Shown piece by piece: positions 61,159-64,000 of a stretch of 64,000 nucleotides of DNA. The DNA is from Nitrosopumilus sp. GTDB taxonomy: Archaea; Thermoproteota; Nitrososphaeria; Nitrososphaerales; Nitrosopumilaceae. The translations under genes and the position numbers were made by a program. The stretch spans positions 64,001 through 128,000 of the forward strand of contig OY759726.1 in assembly GCA_963662625.1 (NCBI GenBank), given 5' to 3'. Below the pieces are notes generated by a model. That model saw only the letters and a list, made by a program, of their open reading frames with translations, did no database searches and was not told where the DNA came from. Each line of letters begins with the position of its first letter. Position 1 is the first letter of the stretch.

Positions 61159-61791
61159 CTACGTTTCGGGGCCTTGGCCCCTTCCGGCCGCGGGCCCGCC
61201 AGTGGGCGGGCCGCCCGCAGCCACGCCTGGGGGGCTTTCCCCAGACCTGAGGAACTCGATTAGTTCCAGGTGGTTTTTTCGCATGGAGGACTCGAGCGAG
61301 TTGAGGAGACTGGCAGTCTCCTTCCTCGAAGCCTCGAGCGAGTTGAGGAGACTGGCAGTCTCCTTCCTCGAAGCCTCGAGCGAGTTGAGGAGACTGGCAG
61401 TCTCCTTCCTCGAAGACTCGAGCGAGTTGAGGAGACTGGCAGTCTCCTTCCTCGAAGCCTCGAGCGAGTTGACGATGCGCTCATTAGACTCCTCAATTGA
61501 AGCCCCTAGCGCGTTGATGGCCCGCGTATTCGCCACGGCTTCCGCCATCAACTCCTCGTTCCCCCTGATGACCTTCCCGAAGTTATCATTGATGTCCTTG
61601 GTGATCTGCTTCGTGGTGAACTTCATCACTAGACCTACCACCCCCATCAATATAAAACTCGACGAGACACCGAGCAGCGGCGGGTGGAACGTGTGGAGGC
61701 CCATGATGACACACCCCGCCACGATCATGGGCGTGTGGAACCTGGAGTCCCTGAACACGGCAAGGAAGGAGCTGAGTTCCTTCCTATCCAT
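61159..61791 (-). CDS. Membrane-anchored coiled-coil protein with 14-aa repeats
   Basis: Two TM segments; NSLEASRKETASLL x4, encoded by 42-bp repeats at 61291-61472. Confidence 0.75.
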   Translation of the reverse strand: MDRKELSSFLAVFRDSRFHTPMIVAGCVIMGLHTFHPPLLGVSSSFILMGVVGLVMKFTTKQITKDINDNFGKVIRGNEELMAEAVANTRAINALGASIEESNERIVNSLEASRKETASLLNSLESSRKETASLLNSLEASRKETASLLNSLEASRKETASLLNSLESSMRKNHLELIEFLRSGESPPGVAAGGPPTGGPAAGRGQGPET

Positions 61792-62164
61792 GCCGGCTCA
61801 CATTCCCACCGCGCATGGCCGACGACACGTACCCGCGCAGCGACGCCGGGCAGCACCTCAGCACCGGCCCGGGAGCCACCCCGCTGGCCAGGAACGCCTC
61901 CCGGAGGAGTTCCGGGTTCCGGCACCTCCCGAGCCCGGCGATCGCCAAGGCGATGGTCCTCTCCCGCACCGCCTGCCTCCCGGCAGGGATGCCAGACGGC
62001 GGGAACCCCCGGATCACCTCCATGGTGCGGTTCGCGACCAGCGAGAGTGCCATCCTGCCGTCGTGCCCGGATTCCCGGAACAGGCGCCTCAGGCACCTGC
62101 CCGTGACACCGTGGCCCACGAGCTCGTCGAACACCCTGGCCAGCAGTTCCGGCGGCAGGGTCAT
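61784..62164 (-). CDS. Hypothetical protein
   Basis: ATGA overlap with the upstream gene and overlap with the downstream start. Confidence 0.6.
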   Translation of the reverse strand: MTLPPELLARVFDELVGHGVTGRCLRRLFRESGHDGRMALSLVANRTMEVIRGFPPSGIPAGRQAVRERTIALAIAGLGRCRNPELLREAFLASGVAPGPVLRCCPASLRGYVSSAMRGGNVSRHG

Positions 62165-64000
62165 CCCCGCCCGTCCCCGAGCTCGCACAGCCGCTTGTCG
62201 AACTCCTCGATAACCCACGGGCTGTAGTCCCGGCCGTTGCCGCTGCCGTCGTGGATCTCCTCGATCACCCTCCTCGCGGTGTCGCTCTTGAGCCCGTGGT
62301 AGAAGGCGTACCTGCCAAGCATCCGGCTGTCGACCATGGGCTCGTCCGTGCCGTCCTCCCCGACGCCGGGGGTCCTGGCGAACTTTGGCAGCATGTCCCC
62401 AAGGTGCAGGTGTGGGGGTTGCCCGGCCCACCCCGCGGCGAACACGAGGGGGAAGGCGTGGATCCCGGCCGCGTAGAGGACCAGCACCCCACTCTTGACC
62501 AGGTGGCCTACCTTCCCCTTCGGGATGTCGCTGTGCCTGACCGTGGGGGCCTTCCCAGGCCTGCCGCCGGCACGCTCGATTATCTGGCCGACCGTCATCA
62601 CCCCCTCGCTGGTCTCATAGACGTAGTTCCCGAGCGACTTGCGCCACTCCGCGAACGGGATCCCCGAATATCCGGAACCCCGGACGGAGTTGGCGCACAC
62701 CATGTCGACCGGGAACGCGCCGCCCCGGCGCATGTGCTTCCCGGTGTCCTGGACCAGCGTTATCTCGTCCATTCTGGCCATGACCATGCCGGGCCGGACG
62801 TCGTCGAGCTGGAATGACCAGTAGCCGTCATCGCCGTACGTCCTGGGGATCCGGTACACCCTGACATTCCTCTTCCCGGAAGTGGAGCTCCTGTCAGACT
62901 TGATCCCGTTGGCGGACATGTACGATTTCACGCTCATTACCCCGTTGGACTCGAAGAGTGGGATCATGTCCGGATCGACCTTGAAGACCTTGATCTTGGG
63001 GTCGCGCCTTAGCACCGGGTCTATCTGCGCCGACCTGCAGGAGTCGGTCACCAGGATGCCGCGGCGTTTTCCGGCCACGAGCCTGAGCCCGATCTCCCAG
63101 GGGGAGCCGTTGGGGCTGTCCGGCTCCCTCGCATCGCACGTCAGCATCCTGTGGTAGTCATCCCACTCCGAGATCCCGTCCAGGTCGTCCTGGACTGGCC
63201 CATGGATGAGCCCGTCGATCAACCGGCATTCCGGGGACATCACGTACTCCTCGAACGACCCCTTCTCGATCGAGGATACGAACCCGGTGATCATGGAGTC
63301 TATCTCCCGGTCGACCCTCTCGCGGGCCTCGTCGCTGAGCCTCTCCCTGTCAGGCGTGGGCTTGTACTTGCGCTCGTCCCTGACGTTGACAGACAGCAGC
63401 CCGATGTGTCCGCGGTACTTGCCAACGTAGTCGTACTGGATTGGTATGCCGCACAGGTATGCCACCGTCACATCGCCCCCTACCGCTCCGGTCCCGCTGT
63501 AGGTTATGCACACGTCGATGTCGTCACCATCGATCGTGCTGGCATGCAGCCTCCTCAACACCCCGCAGTCAGGGCTGCCGAAGAGCCGCCTGTCGTAGGA
63601 TTTGAGGCTCTCCAGCGCCAGCGTCTCCAGGTCCCCGGCCGGCACCATCCCGGAAAGTTCCCGGCCCCACTCGGTGGTGGCGGCGCTGCCGGTGATCTCG
63701 ATCTCCGTGGGGACTCCGCTGAGCCTGGCGCAGTCATGCACCATCCTGACGATCTCCCCCAGGTCGACGTCCTCCCTGGCCGTCAGGGAGACCCTGGTCC
63801 CAAAGTCGCCCTTATCGGGCGTGGGGAGCCCCGTCTGGAACCCCTCCCCGGCCTTGCCCATCACGGCGTACCTTTCGCCGGTCTCGCGGCAGTGCGTCTC
63901 CAGGATCATGATGTCGGAGATGCACATGTACGCCGCGCGCCCGAAGCCGAACTGGCCGGACTCCCGCCCGTCGAAGTTGGTGCTGCGCCCGAGGACGCAG
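62161..64000 (-). CDS. GHKL/HSP90-like ATPase domain protein (rIIA-like), 5' end outside window
   Basis: Frame is open to the window edge: VLGRSTNFDGRESGQFGFGRAAY (GxFGxG), FGTRVS (G3 box), PTPDRERL. Confidence 0.75.
   Translation of the reverse strand, partial: CVLGRSTNFDGRESGQFGFGRAAYMCISDIMILETHCRETGERYAVMGKAGEGFQTGLPTPDKGDFGTRVSLTAREDVDLGEIVRMVHDCARLSGVPTEIEITGSAATTEWGRELSGMVPAGDLETLALESLKSYDRRLFGSPDCGVLRRLHASTIDGDDIDVCITYSGTGAVGGDVTVAYLCGIPIQYDYVGKYRGHIGLLSVNVRDERKYKPTPDRERLSDEARERVDREIDSMITGFVSSIEKGSFEEYVMSPECRLIDGLIHGPVQDDLDGISEWDDYHRMLTCDAREPDSPNGSPWEIGLRLVAGKRRGILVTDSCRSAQIDPVLRRDPKIKVFKVDPDMIPLFESNGVMSVKSYMSANGIKSDRSSTSGKRNVRVYRIPRTYGDDGYWSFQLDDVRPGMVMARMDEITLVQDTGKHMRRGGAFPVDMVCANSVRGSGYSGIPFAEWRKSLGNYVYETSEGVMTVGQIIERAGGRPGKAPTVRHSDIPKGKVGHLVKSGVLVLYAAGIHAFPLVFAAGWAGQPPHLHLGDMLPKFARTPGVGEDGTDEPMVDSRMLGRYAFYHGLKSDTARRVIEEIHDGSGNGRDYSPWVIEEFDKRLCELGDGRG

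Larger units (their letters stand above)
58200..64000 (-). mobile_element. Probable edge of an integrated element (provirus or plasmid-like)
   Basis: Co-oriented, overlapping hypothetical ORFs, AbrB regulator, repeat arrays, rIIA-like ATPase, no core genes. No integrase or capsid gene is visible in the window. Confidence 0.5.

Overview
GC-rich archaeal chromosome segment from an ammonia-oxidising archaeon (Nitrososphaerota/Thaumarchaeota, Nitrosopumilaceae-like). The giant FG-GAP/DUF285/SdrD surface proteins suggest a host-associated lineage such as a sponge symbiont (inference). Positions 1-55.9 kb are mostly core genes: M1 aminopeptidase, MCM small subunit, ilvC, NMNAT, metG, ahcY, nadE, cysS, ychF, birA, tfb, phaE/phaC, tsr3, tRNA-Pro, map, tbp, purM, cofG/cofH, HtrA and a GT2. 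The last ~8 kb is accessory. It holds a second copy of a 1374-bp cassette, a nuclease fragment, two tandem-repeat arrays around a double-AbrB gene, and the edge of a probable integrated element with an rIIA-like GHKL ATPase. The most unusual signal is three unrelated intergenic units (2285, 30384, 39299), each a 36-38 bp direct duplication around a unique 34-37 bp insert, with period 72-73 bp. This is CRISPR spacer-integration geometry at non-CRISPR sites, and there are no cas genes in the window. Other notable items: a candidate C/D box sRNA just downstream of tRNA-Pro, a circularly permuted CHRD domain, a Cache domain nested in an adhesin SdrD-B domain, and a CarH-signature B12-binding protein. 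All product calls come from motif recognition by eye; no database searches were run.
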